Below are positions 25,048-37,201 of a stretch of 64,000 nt of DNA, one piece after another. Origin of the DNA: Leucoraja erinacea (taxonomy: Eukaryota). The translations under genes were made by a program, and so were the position numbers. The stretch lies in assembly GCF_028641065.1 (NCBI RefSeq), contig NC_073393.1, positions 36,146,001 to 36,210,000 of the forward strand, in the 5' to 3' direction. The notes under the pieces were generated by a model. That model ran no database searches and was not told the origin of the DNA. It saw nothing but the letters and a program-made list of their open reading frames with translations. Each line of letters begins with the position of its first letter. Positions within the stretch are counted from its first letter, which is position 1.

Positions 25048-25488
25048 GTTACAGAGAAAGGTTGAACAAGTTAGGGCTTTATTCTTTGGAGCGCTGATGG
25101 TTAAGGGGGGACTTGATAGAGGTCTTTAAAATGATGAGAGGGATAGACAGAGTTGACATGGATAAGCATTTCCCACTGAGAGTAGGGAAGATTCAAACAA
25201 GGGGACATGATTTGAGAATTAAGGGACAGAAGTTTAGGGGTAACATGAGGGGGAACTTCTTTACTCAGAGAGTGGTGGCTGTGTGGAATGAGCTTCCAGT
25301 GAAGGTGGTGGAGGCAGGTTCGATTTTATCATTTGAAAATAAATTGGATAGTTATATGGACGGGAAAGGAATGGAGGGTTATGGTCTGAACGCAGGTATA
25401 TGGGACTAGGGGAGAATACGTGTTCAGCACGGACTAGAAGGGTCGAGATGGCCTGTTTCCGTGCTGTAAATTGTTATATGGTTATATG
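25048..25488 (+). mobile_element. CR1/HER1 LINE 3' end
   Basis: DLIEVFKMMRG...TRGH...FFTQRVV.VWNELP; (GTTATATG)n tail. Confidence 0.9.
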
Positions 25489-25717
25489 TTTGTTAAATAC
25501 ACTGGAGCATTTCAACAGCCAGTTGCTGCTGGTGTCTCACTTACTAACTAGTACCTGAGAGAGCGAGAGAGAGAGAGAGAGAGTTGTTGTGTAGTACCGT
25601 AATACCATGTAAAGGGTGGTATGCATACTTGTGTGGTGAAGGTTATAAATGGCATGAATTAATAAGGATTAATCTACAGGGCTGTCGAACCATTAGCAAT
25701 CGGGGCCATTAAAGTTA

Positions 25718-26162
25718 CCGCAGCGGACGATCTGAAGCCCATGCGTCGGGGAGATCAAAACTCCCTCGTAGGGATGGTTGAAACTCTCCGCAGCTTGGGG
25801 CTCCCAAATCAGTCTCTAACCAGGGACCGCGGACTCCATGATGTCCAAGTCCACAGGCCCCCACAGTCGATCTCCGGCAAAGGGATCGCAAGCTCCACTG
25901 TGGTAAGTCCGCGCTGTGCCCGTGGTTGAAGCACTGGGTCGATCTCCAGAAAAGGCCGCACCACTCCACAATGTTTACAGAGAAGCAGTGAGAACGGAGA
26001 TACGATACGGGAAAAAAAATCGCACCTCCATCGAGGTAAGAGATTGAATAAAGTTTCCAACATAAAACAAACCAAGGAACACTAAAACACACTCTTTAAC
26101 ACGTACTTACAACAACAAATACAGCAGAAAGGACAGACAGACTGTGGCGAGGCAGCCATATG
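25718..26162 (-). mobile_element. GC-rich non-autonomous retroelement (copy D), 3' end missing
   Basis: Reverse complement homologous to copy C. Confidence 0.7.
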
Positions 26163-26518
26163 ACTCACTCATTCTCCAGTGATGCGTTGAGTTATTCCAG
26201 TGAACCGTGGAGTTACTCCAGCTTTTTGTGTGTATCTTTGAGATAAGGATATATGGATAGAAGAGGCATTTTAGTGTCTCATCTGGATCAAGACATACTA
26301 GAGTCAAGGTAAGTCAAAGGGCACAGACAAAATGGGTAGACTTTGTCCATTTAGAAACTGGTTACAGAATTTTGGAAAATCTCCAATTTACAGATTTAGA
26401 CAATAGATGGCTCTTGTGCCGAGCATCACAGTGAAAAGTAGGAGTTGCAGATGAGCTAAGTAAAGGGCAGATTTAGGCAATCAAAAGAGGCTTTAAGGAG
26501 ATATGGATGAATAATCTA

Positions 26519-26722
26519 TAGGTAGGAACTGCAGATGCGGATTTAAACCGGTTAGACACAATATGTAGGAGTAACAGCGGAACAGGCAGCATCTCTGGAG
26601 AGAAGGAAGGTGTGACATTTCATTAGTCTGAAGAAGGGTCTCGACCCGAAACGTCACCCCTCCCTTCTCTCCAGAGATGCTGCCTGTCCCGCTGAGTTAC
26701 TTGGGCATTTTGTGTCTATCTT
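26519..26722. mobile_element. Fold-back Penelope pLTR insertion with 15-bp TSD
   Basis: TGGATGAATAATCTA at 26504-26518 and 26723-26737; inverted arms. Confidence 0.85.
26625..26660 (+). ncRNA. Minimal hammerhead ribozyme motif (Penelope type)
   Basis: CTGAAGA-A-GGGTC(TC)GACCC-GAAA-CGTC with palindromic ACGT helix III. Confidence 0.7.
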
Positions 26723-27654
26723 TGGATGAATAATCTAAGTGGGTAAGACCTTGGCAGATGCAATATAATGTGGGGACAATGTGGTTATTTATCTTGGAAA
26801 AGAAGGAGAAAAGTGGAGCATTTTGCAGCGGGGTATATTAGGCTGTACTGACTCTAAAGGGGATTGAGGTGTCCTTGAACGAGTCACTGAAAGCTAATAT
26901 GCAGGTTCAGCAAATGATTAGGAAGGCAAATAGCTTTTTTTTTTTTTAAAGTACTTTCTTAACCTGCCCTGCCACTTTCAATAAACTCTGCATGTATAAC
27001 CCCGGGACTTTCTTTTGGTGCATCCTTTGGTGCTACGTGTGAATGCTCAAAGAACAAAAACCCAACAGGAAAAATGATTCATCCATGGCTGACAAGAGAA
27101 ATTAAAGATAGTGTGAAATCCACGGAACAGGCTTATAAAGTTGCCAGCAACAACAGTTGGCCTGAGGATTGGGAGCGTTTTAGAACTCATCAAAGGAGAA
27201 CATAGAAAATGTTTTTTTTTAATTTTTTTTTTTAAAGGCAAAATAGAATATGTGAGATGACAGCTGTGAAACATAAAATCGGACTGCAAGCTTTTATAGG
27301 TGCGCGGGGGCAAGTGTGAGCTTACAGACAGAGGCAAGACAGTTTATAATGAGGAAAAAGGAAATGGCATCGGAAGTACACAAGCGCATCTTGTCTGTCT
27401 GCATTGAGGAACATACACAAAACCTGCCAGGCAGCAAACAAAGAAGCTAGTGAGAGTAAGGAAATGAAGGAACACACACTGGTGGCTGCTATATTAATCA
27501 TCCTCCACAGTACTATTTGGGAATTGTTCCTGTGGATTGGTTGGCTGCAAACACATTCCTACGATTTAAGAAATAAAGAAGGAAGAAAATAACAAACTAT
27601 TAGCCTGATGTCAATAGTAGGAAATTTGCCGGAATTTTTATAACAGAGGATGCA

Positions 27655-28570
27655 ACAATACAATACAATACAATCAGTTTTATTCGTCACTTGCACAGAA
27701 AGTGCAAGTGAAATGAAATTGCCAGCAGCGGTACAATGAAAGAGAACACACAAAAACACAATAAAAATTGAACACAAACATCCACAACAGCATTCATCAC
27801 TGTGGTGGAAGGCACAAAATTTGGCCGGTCCTCCTCCATTTTCCCCCGTGGTCGGGACCTCAACCCTCCGCAGTCGCCGCTGCGGGCGTCCAGATGAATG
27901 AAAGTCAAGGTAAGTCCTGAAACGGTGCCTCCCCCACCAGAGACCACGGCTTCAGGTTGGTGTAGGCCGCAGGCCGGCGGTCAAAGATTTAAAGTTCCCG
28001 CCCCGCCGCAGCCAGAAGAACCCAGACCGCAGGGCCGGCGGTCGAAGCTCCCCTCCAGGGGTCCCCGGCGAGGGACCCCGCTCCTGATGGTAAGTCCCCG
28101 CCGTGCCCGCGGTAGAAGTTGGCTGCTGGCCGGCGGTGGGAGCTTCTTCTTCTTCTCCCGGGTCCCCAACGAGGGATCCCAGGCTGCGGACGCCACGCCA
28201 GCTGGAGCTCTGCAGACCGCGGCTTCAGGCTGCCACGGGCCAGCGAAACGGAGCGCTGCCCTCCGGCGAGCCCTGGGGAGGGCCGCCAGCTCCACGCCGA
28301 GAGTCTACGCTGCGCCCGTGGCGCGTCTCCGGGAAAGGCCACACAGATCCTCGATGTTAGGCCACGGGGGCGGCGACATGGTAAAAGTCGCCTCTCCGTG
28401 GAGGAGGCGACCGAAGCGGTTTCCCCCTTACCCCCCCCCCCCCCCCCACCCCCACACAAGAACACACAGAGAAACAATAAAAACATATATTTAAACACAC
28501 TAAAAATATAAGACAAGTAGAAAACCCAGACACGCTGCTGGCAGGGCTGCCCGCTTGCAACACCCCCACT
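27655..28570 (-). mobile_element. GC-rich Rex1-tailed non-autonomous retroelement (copy E)
   Basis: (CAATA)n tail on the + strand; colinear with 40749-41624. Confidence 0.75.
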
Positions 28571-28708
28571 GACCTAATAGAATACCTTGAAAATAATAGT
28601 AGGATTGAGCAAGACATAGTGAAAGGAAAATCATATTTGACCAACATACAAGGTTTTTTTTAACTTAAAGCTAATAAACGACATTGGATAAGATCCCACG
28701 CAGAAAGG

Positions 28709-29864
28709 TCATAGAGTCATAGTCATGGAATGATACAGTGTAGAAACAGGCCCTTCGGCCCAACTTGCCCACACTGCCCAACACGCCCACACTGCCCAAC
28801 ACGTCCCAGCTAGAGTCCCACCTGCCTGCGCTTGGTTCATATCATAATCACTATCACTCAATCAATCAATAATACTTTATTAGCCAAGTATGTTTTGCAA
28901 CAAACGAGGAATTTCATTTGCCAAGTCAGTCATACAAATAAAAAGCAACAAAACACACAAAATTCATTTTAACATAAACATCCACCACAGTTTCTCTTCC
29001 ACATTCCTCACTGCGATGGAAGACGAAAAAAAAAGTTCAAATCTCTTCCCTTCGTTGCTCTCGTGAGGTCGGGGGCCTCGAGCGCTCCGTTGACAGGATG
29101 ATCTTGACTCCCGTAGCCGGCAGCGTTTGGGCCCTCCGCATTGGGGCGATCAGCTCCTGCATTGGGGGGGATGTCAGTTCCCTGCGCCGGATGATCGAAC
29201 CCCACATCGATACTGGTCGAGCTTCTGCGTCGTTGGAGATCCCGACTATCTTCTCACCGAGACTGCGAGCTCCCAATGTAAAGTCCACAGGCCACGGTGG
29301 GGGCACTCCCAGGCAAGGGATCGACTATGATGTTAAGTCCACGCCCTGTGGTGGGGCTCAAAGTCAGTCCGAGGAGGCCTCCAACTCCATCGATGGTAGA
29401 CCGCAGAGCGACCGGAGATGCGATCTGGAAGATAATCGCATCTCCGGCAAGGTAAGAATCTGAAAAAGAGTTTCCCCCTCCCCCACACAAAACAAACCGG
29501 AGAACATTTACACAGACTTTTAACACACACTAAAACTATTTATAAAGACAAAAAAAAACAGACAGACTGTTGGCGGGGCTGCCAATCGTTCAGTGCCCCT
29601 GGTGGACTAACCTGTCCTATCCATGTGCCTGTCCAACTGTTTCTAAAATGTTGGGTTAGTCCCAGCCTCAACCACCTCCTCTGGCTGCTTGTTCCATACA
29701 CACACCACCCTTTGTGTGAAAAAGTTACCCCTCAGATTCCTATTAAATCTTTTCTCCTTCATCTTGAACCTATGTCCTCTGGTTCTCGATTCCCCTACTC
29801 TGAGCAAGAAACTGGGCATCTACCCTATCTATTCCTCTAATGATTTTATACACCTCTATAAGAT
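28709..29864 (-). mobile_element. CR1/HER1 3' end split by copy F
   Basis: CATAGAGT tail; CR1 sequence resumes at 29609. Confidence 0.8.
28844..29608 (-). mobile_element. GC-rich Rex1-tailed non-autonomous retroelement (copy F)
   Basis: Colinear with copy A; (AATC)n tail on the + strand. Confidence 0.75.
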
Positions 29865-29879
29865 CAACAAAGTTAGAAC

Positions 29880-31510
29880 TCTTCGAAGTAGGAGTAATAT
29901 ATTGATATGTATTTAGAATTGATTACTGAATAGATAGCAAAGAGTGAGAATAAACAGATGATTGTTTGGTTGGCAGGCTGTGAATGATGGAGTACTATGG
30001 GAATCAGTGTTTGGGAACCATTCAAGGTCTATATCACCAATTTATAGTGCTGGTGCAGGACTCCTAAAAAGTTAATTTGCAAGTCGAATCAGTAGTAAGG
30101 AAGGCAAATTCAATGCTAGCATTTATATCAAGAGGACTGGAATACCAAAACAGAGATATAATGCTGATGCTCTATAAGGTGCTGGTGAGGCCACATTTGG
30201 AGTACTGTGAACAAATTTGGGCCCCATGTCTGAGGAAGAATGTGCTGGTTCTGGAGAGGATCCAGCGAAGGTTTACAAGAATGAATGAGTGGGTTAGCAT
30301 ATGATGAGCGCTCGAATGCACTGGACCTCTACTCACTGAGTTTAGAATGTTGAGGGGGGGACCTCATTGAAACCTACAGAATAATTGAAAGCATAGATAG
30401 AGTGGATGTGGAAAGGATGTTTCCACTGGTGGGAGAGTCTAGGACCATAGGTTATAGCCTCAGAATTAATGGGCGCTCTTTTAGAAAGGAGGTGAGGAGG
30501 AACTTCTTTAGTCAGGGGATAACTAATCTGTGGAACTCATTGCCACAGAGGGCAGTGGAGGCCAAATCAGTGGATATTTTTAAGGCAGAGATAGATAAAT
30601 TCTTGATTAGAATGGGTGTCTAGGCTTATGGGGAGAAGGTGGGAAAATGGGATTAGGAGGCAGAGATCAGCCAGGATTGAATGGCCGAGTAGACTCGATG
30701 GGCCGAATGGCCTAATTCTACTCCTATAACTTGTGAACTCATGAATTTGTCATATTCAATGTCATATTCCACGTTTGCTGAACTGTGTAAGATTGTGAGG
30801 GCAGAGGAGAATGTGAAGATTCATCAAGGAGATATGAGGAGTGGGTGCAAATGAGGCAGATGAAAATCAACGTGAAAAAACATGAGGTAATTCAACTTGA
30901 TGTGCGACACTTGGATTTGTGAAATGATGAGAGAACGGGTAACATTGATTATCAGAGTAACTTTTGGTTTCTTGTTGACAACTGGTTAAAACCCACAGCC
31001 AGGTGCAGCAAGCAATTAAAAGGGGGACAACCCCATCTGTTCCCCATTATTACTCAAGGATTTGAAATACAAATTGAGGATCGCTTACTGGAAATGCATC
31101 GGGCCATTCTGAGTCTGCGCCTGTAGTACTGTGTACCGGTTTGGTCTCCTGACCTAAGAAAGAATGTACTTGCCCTAACAGTAACAGTAATCTAGAACAG
31201 ATTCACTAGATTGGTTCCAGGGATGGTAGCCTTATCATATGAGGAGGGATTGAGCAGACTAGACTGGTATACTGATGAAGTTAGAAGAATAAGAGGCAAT
31301 CTCCACAAAGAACACAATGTTTGTAAAGATCTTGACAGACGAGAAAAGGAAAGAATATATCAGCTGGCTAAGAAGTTTAGGACCTAGATGGTGGCGAATC
31401 TCTTGAATTCTCTATCCCGTAAGGCTGTGGAGGTTCAGTGACTGTGTTCACTTCGACCTGAGCTCCATAGATTTCTGGACTTAGAGGACGCGGGGATAGT
31501 ATTGGAAAAT
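29880..31510 (+). mobile_element. CR1/HER1 fragments (younger 3' end 30050-30745 within an older copy)
   Basis: KANSMLAFISRGLEY, LYKVLVRPHLEYC.Q.WAP, NLWNSLPQ. Confidence 0.85.
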
Positions 31511-31514
31511 GCAC

Positions 31515-31793
31515 GGGGACAGTTTCTTTTCATCTGTTATCGGGCAATGACCAGAGAGCAGTGGTGAACTACTATCTACCTCTTTGATGACAGACTATCC
31601 TTGATTGGACTTTGCTGGCTTCACCTGGCACTAAACATTATTCCCTTATCATGTAGCCACACACTGTAAATGGATCGATTGTAATCATGTATTGTCTTTC
31701 TGCTGACCAGTTAGCATGCAACAAAAACTTTTCACAGTACTTCAGTCCACGTGACAATAAATGAAACTAAATGAAACTAAACTAAACTAAACT
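31515..31793 (+). mobile_element. Rex1/Babar 3' UTR
   Basis: Homologous to 2900-3025; CACGTGACAATAAA plus (AAACT)n tail. Confidence 0.75.
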
Positions 31794-33556
31794 AGAAATG
31801 GTGCAGAGATACAAGTTCAGCCATGAATGTGAATGGAGCAGGTTCAAAGGGATGGGTGGCCTTTCTGTTCTTTTTCCTTGCATTTTTTTTCATAACTTCA
31901 ACTTCATATTAATTCATTCAGACTCCAGAATCTTCCGCCTTGCTGAAGACTCATTTAAAGCACTTATTTAGTTCCTCGGCCAAGTTTTCCACCTCCATAA
32001 GTACATTTCCTTCCCATCTATAATCAGCCCACCTCTCGTTTCACAATCCTTTTCTTCTTTACACACCTGTAGACTATTGTTGGACTTCTTGTTCTGTTTG
32101 CAGCCAGTCTTTTCTTGTGTTCTCTTTTTTTGCCTATTTTGTTTCCTTTTATGAAACTTTATGAACCCCTATGAACTTTACATAATAAACCTGGTTCTCA
32201 CTTGTGTTAACAACTTGCCATCTGTCAAATGCTCATTTTTTCAACTCTATTTTACCATAAATTCTTACGAGTATTTTCAGCTCTTTCCCAGATTGGAAAC
32301 CATTTACAATTCAGAGTTCCGCTTGCAACTTAATGAAACCATCACAAAAATTGGGAAGTCATCTTTTAAGATGTTGAAACACTGGTTTTGCAAATAAAAA
32401 GCATTATATATTTTAACTACTTTTTTTCATTTTCACCTGTGATGTTTCATAGGTTTTTGGGGAGTTTCTAAAAAACTCAAGTAAATTCAATAATAATTGT
32501 TATTAATGTTATTATGCCCTAATTAAATTCTTACTTGCAAATTCTGCAGAGAGTTTTGTTTTACTGTGAGGTAGAAATTGGAGAACACAACATTTTTGCA
32601 CTTTCTTTGTACAATTATCTCAGGCGGGTTATAATAATCGATATAAATCCGTAAATAAGTAAAACCAGGCACTGATGTGATAAGAAAAATACCAGATGGG
32701 ATATACTGAAAAATAATCCCAATACCTTTGCTTTTAGGTTATAAGGGTGACCTCTAGTGTACAGTAATGTTCTCAGTAGACTGCATTATACACTATAACA
32801 GAAATACAATTATATAAATTCTTCTACTGTGTGGAAGCACACAGTTCGAGCTGGGAAACACATTTGTTTAACTCCAATTTATTAAACATAAACTGAATTT
32901 TTAAAGGCGGTCCCGTGCAGAAGTGATGGAGGCAGGTTTCATGGTGATGTTGGAAATGGAATTGGATTAATATACGGGGAAGAAATATCTGCAACGCTGC
33001 AGAAAGAAGGTCAGGGTACAGCTAGTGAGATGAACTGATTGAGAGCTTTCTCAATATGATGGGCCAAATGGCCTCCTTCTGTGCTGCAACCTTACTATGA
33101 TGATAAGTAGAACAAGTGCTGTCTCTGCTTTGTGCCGACTCACTTAAAATGCAATAATTTTAATAAAAGGGGATATGGTTTATATGTTAGTCCTAATGCA
33201 ATCTTTCACTTGTAATTTTGAAAGTCCATTTATTTTAAATAACCATTAATTCCAAGTATAATCAACAAAAACATAGTCACTCAATGATGAATAAATGTCG
33301 TTTTTTCTTTAGGAACTGTGGTTCCCGATGATTGTGTTTTCCTCTTGTCACAGTTGCCTCTGATATTTGTCAAGGCTTGAAGAGGGTGGGGATATAATGG
33401 CGGTGACCTTTGGGGGTAAGGATTTTCTGGTGACCCTGCAAGCCTCACTTGTTTCCCACAGATTGAGAAGTACTTGACCACAAGTGGGAAGTGAAAAGGG
33501 CAGAGCAGGTCAGAAGAGTGAATGTGGAAGAGCATTGTGGGCTGGGATTTGATTGA

Positions 33557-34058
33557 GTTTAGTTTAGTTTAGAGACACAGCGCGGAAACAGGACCTTCAA
33601 CCCACTGAGTCCGTACCAACCAGCAAACCCCGCACACTAATGGGCCTGTCCCACTTAGACAATTTCTTTGGGCGACTACAGGCGTCTGCCGTAAAATTTT
33701 CAACATGTTGAAATTTTTTCGCCAACAGTGGCGACAATTTTTGCTGTCATAGGTTGTCGCCAGGTGTCGCCAGGTGTCATAGGTGAATTCCATTGAAACT
33801 AGTCCCTGGCTGTCACCTACAGAGTTGCCTAAGTGAGACAGGCCCATAACACTTTCCTACACACACTGGGGACAATTTACATTTACACCAAATTTACATT
33901 AACCTATGTCTTGGAGTGTGGGAGGAGAACGAAGATCTCGGAGAAAGCCCACTCTGGTCACGGGGAGAACGTGCAAATTCCATCCAGACAAGCACCCGCA
34001 GTCAGGATGGAACCCGGGTCTCTGGCGCTGTAAGGCAGTAGCCCTACCACTATGTCAC
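33557..34058 (-). mobile_element. HE1-type SINE split by a Harbinger MITE
   Basis: SINE reads through CGCACACTAA|CACT once the insert is removed. Confidence 0.85.
33641..33846. mobile_element. Harbinger MITE (206 bp)
   Basis: TIR TGGGCCTGTCCCACTTAG / CTAAGTGAGACAGGCCCA; TAA TSD. Confidence 0.9.
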
Positions 34059-34254
34059 CAGTCAGGTTCTGGAACTATTGTTAGAAGGTTGGAGGGGTTG
34101 TGAGGAATGGGAAGGAAGACATTGTAAAATCTGTCCATCTTCCAGTCCACCAGATATAACAGACAACGGAGCAGCTTATGTTTAAGTTTAATTTTAAAAC
34201 ATTAATAGGACCATTGCCAACTCCTGCCCTTGTCCTGCCTGTCCTTTTAAAAAG

Positions 34255-34378
34255 AAAAGTCTCAACCTAAAACATCACCCATTCCTCCTATCCGGAGATG
34301 CTGCCTGTCCTGTTGAGTTACTCCAGCATTTTGTGTGTATCTTCAGTGTAAACCAGCATCTGCAGTTCCTTCCTATCC
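34255..34378 (+). mobile_element. Penelope-like pLTR with tail
   Basis: GATGCTGCCTGTCC...AAACCAGCATCTGCAGTTCCTTCCTA. Confidence 0.75.
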
Positions 34379-34386
34379 ATTTAAAA

Positions 34387-34496
34387 CTAGACTAAGTGGG
34401 ACCCGTTGGGTCCCAGCATCACACAGAAGGGCTGGTCACTTTTCACTTCCCACTTGTGGTCAAGGGGGGATGGGAGAGGGGGGGAGGGGGGGGGGG

Positions 34497-34527
<31 letters not shown>

Positions 34528-34829
34528 AGGGGGGGGGGGGGGGAGGGGGAGGGGGGGGGAGAGAGGGGGGAGAGAGGAGGGGGGAGAGGGGGGGGAGGGG
34601 GGGGGGGGGGGGGAGGGAGAGAGGGGGGGGAGGGGAGAGGGGGGAGAGAGAGGGGGGGAGAGAGAGAGGGGGGGAGGAGGGGGAGGGAGAGAGGGGGGGG
34701 GAGGGGAGAGGGGGGGAGAGGGGGGGGGGAGGGGGGGGGAGAGGGGGGGAGAGAGAGGGGGAGAGAGAGGGGGAGAGAGGGGGAGAGAGGAGAGAGAGGG
34801 GGAGGGGAGGGAGAGGGGGGGAGAGAGGG

Positions 34830-34860
<31 letters not shown>

Positions 34861-35514
34861 GAGGGGGGAGAGAGAGGGGGAGAGAGAGAGAGGGGTGAGA
34901 GAGGGGGGGGTGAGAGGTGGGGGTGAGGGGGGAGAGGAGAGGCAGAGAGGTGGGGAGCAGGGAGGGGGAGGGTGGAGGGTCAAGGGAAGGGGGTAGGGGT
35001 ACGTGGAGGGGAGGGGGGGGGGGTTTAGGGGAGGGACAGTGGGGGAGGGGTTGGATGGGAGGAGGGAGAAAAAGAGGGGGGGATAGAGAGATAGAGAGAG
35101 AGAGAGAGGTGCCTTTTTACTTCAACCCAAACCCCCCCAAACAACCATTTGCATGCAGTGCTTTTTTCCTCAAACTAACCATATTTTCCTTTTCAAACCA
35201 CTTTATGGGTACTCACAGCTGTGGAGACATTCGTTCAGCGTCATTCAGCTCTGATTGAGGCACACCACTTCCTGGTTTTATAGTCCCTCCCCCTCCCTTC
35301 AGCAGGGGCAGCTGAGAAAACGGGGAATTTTGTAAAAACATTAATATCTCTGTCATTTTTCATCGATGGGAAAAATCCTCGGCACACATGCGGCGGAGGG
35401 GGGCTTTGAGCGAGGTGGCCAAAAATGACGGCCGTAGGTGGCGGCGTTCTCTCGGAAATCGCAGCACAGAAGGCCAAAAGCGGTCAAGAACAGAGATTTA
35501 GTTATATAGATAGA
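34387..35514 (-). mobile_element. Non-autonomous Helitron
   Basis: Minus strand begins A|TCTATCTATATAACTAAA and ends GGGACCC-AAC-GGGTCCC hairpin, ACTTAGT, CTAG|T; no TSD. Confidence 0.75.
34466..35107 (+). repeat. G/GA-rich low-complexity tract inside the Helitron
   Basis: About 640 bp almost entirely G and A. Confidence 0.9.
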
Positions 35515-36589
35515 TTACCACCTCTGCTTTGGGCAGGTGATGAATTGAAATGTGATGCCCATTTTTGCAATGTAAATTGTATTGTCACTTATTGAACAGC
35601 AGTGCAACAGCATCAGGGTGCATTCACAACAAGATTTGGTTAGAATGGACTGAAGCTTGTCATCAACAAGATATTGTATTCCAAAACGATACAACTTATA
35701 CATCGACTATGATGATAGTTGGCATTGAAGGAGCATTATACAATTATTCTTCAACTGATTTCATAAAATGAAATAAAGTCCTGTCTCTCAACATTGCCAA
35801 ACCACAGGATCAATCATGAATGTATTTTATATAAGAGGTAAAATTATACGAACAAATGCGAGAAGATGTTCCCTTCATTCATCTGTATGCAACAAGTTAT
35901 TTATTCCATGATAAACTTTTGACAGTGTTGCTCCAGGCAATTCTGACATATATAAATTACTTCAGCACTTGAATTTCTTGTGGTTTTATACTGCTCCAAA
36001 AGCAACTGTACAATAATAAATTAGCATGAGCCAGGACAATTATGCTTGACAATGTTTGTGGTGAATGAACCACTAGTACCAGTCTAAACCTGCATTTAGT
36101 TATTTGCCTTAAGGAAATAGCAGCAAATATTATAGAAAACTACCACATGCAGTGGTGTCATAATTAGACACTGCTCTTTGAAGTCAAAGGTCCCTATTAC
36201 ATGTCTAAGATCAGTTGTAATACCTTACAGAAAAATTGATCTATATCTCATATGTAAAATCACTAATATTTTATGTAGCTTCAAAACTCTCTTGCTCTGC
36301 TTGTTCCCCAAACCGAGATTTTATCTACCTCATTCCTTAAAGGGAAACAAAAGTTATTTTTTTATCTAATCTGTTTCTTCCAATGCACGAACTTCAGGTT
36401 TCAAATTGGAATTGCATACATCGTATCCATCCCACCATTTATTCTGATAATTTATGGGAACAATCCTCACAATAATATTAGGTTCCTGATCAACTGTGCT
36501 GACCCAGTAAAGGGAACACAGGTAGCGAAAATACCTATTAAAACTGCTTTGTACTGTTGATAAACACAACAGAACATTTAAATTAGAAA

Positions 36590-37050
36590 CCAGGAACTGC
36601 AATTGCTGGTTTACAAAATAAGCTACAAAGTGCTGGAGTAACTCAGCGGGTCAGGCAGCATCTCTGAAGCACATGGACAGGTGACGTGTCAAGTCGGGAC
36701 CCTCTTCAGCCTAATTGTATTGGGGGGGGGGGGGGGGGGGTTAAGAAGGTTGGAATAGTCGCGGGTCCAGGTGGGCCACAGGAAAGAGGAGGAGGAACAA
36801 AGGGGGGGTTTGGTAAGTTACCTAAAATTGGAGAGTTCAATGTTCATACCATTGGGTTGTACGCTACCCAAACAGAATCTGAGATGCTGTTCCTCCAGTT
36901 TGTGTGTGGTATCACTCGGGCAAAGGAGGAGGCCCAAGACAGGAAGGTCAGTGTAGGAATGGGAGGACAAGGTAAAGTCGTTAGCAGCCGAGAGATCCAG
37001 TAGGCTATGGCGGACCCTTCATAAGTGTTCAGCAAAATGGTCACCGGATT
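36590..37050 (-). mobile_element. Penelope-like element 3' end
   Basis: pLTR with tail at 36590-36712; endonuclease C-terminus on the minus strand. Confidence 0.8.
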
Positions 37051-37201
37051 TATGCGTTTAGTTTGGTTTAGTTTAGGGATGAAGTACGGAAACTGGCCCT
37101 TCAGCCCACCGAGTCTGCACTGACCAGCGATCCCCACACAGTCACTCTACTTATACACACTAGGGACAATTTATACATTTTTCAAAATCCCAAACTAATT
37201 A

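Larger units (their letters stand above)
26300..28705 (+). mobile_element. Scattered decayed CR1 ORF2 fragments
   Basis: WQMQYNV, PWLTREIKD, SLMSIVGN remnants. Confidence 0.55.

Noticed and set aside
27898-28647. Overlapping ORFs up to 198 aa in the GC-rich elements (also ~4100-4760, 12050-12480, 41000-41580)
   Set aside because: Open on both strands because of GC content; frames are not preserved between homologous copies
29590-29608. CTCF-like motif at the 5' end of the GC-rich elements (CCACCAGGGGCAC, CCACTAAGGGCGC)
   Set aside because: One base short of the CTCF core spacing, and copies E and G lack the CCAC..AG half
34335-35258. Long Gly/Arg/Glu- or Pro-rich ORFs
   Set aside because: Artefacts of the stop-free G/GA tract
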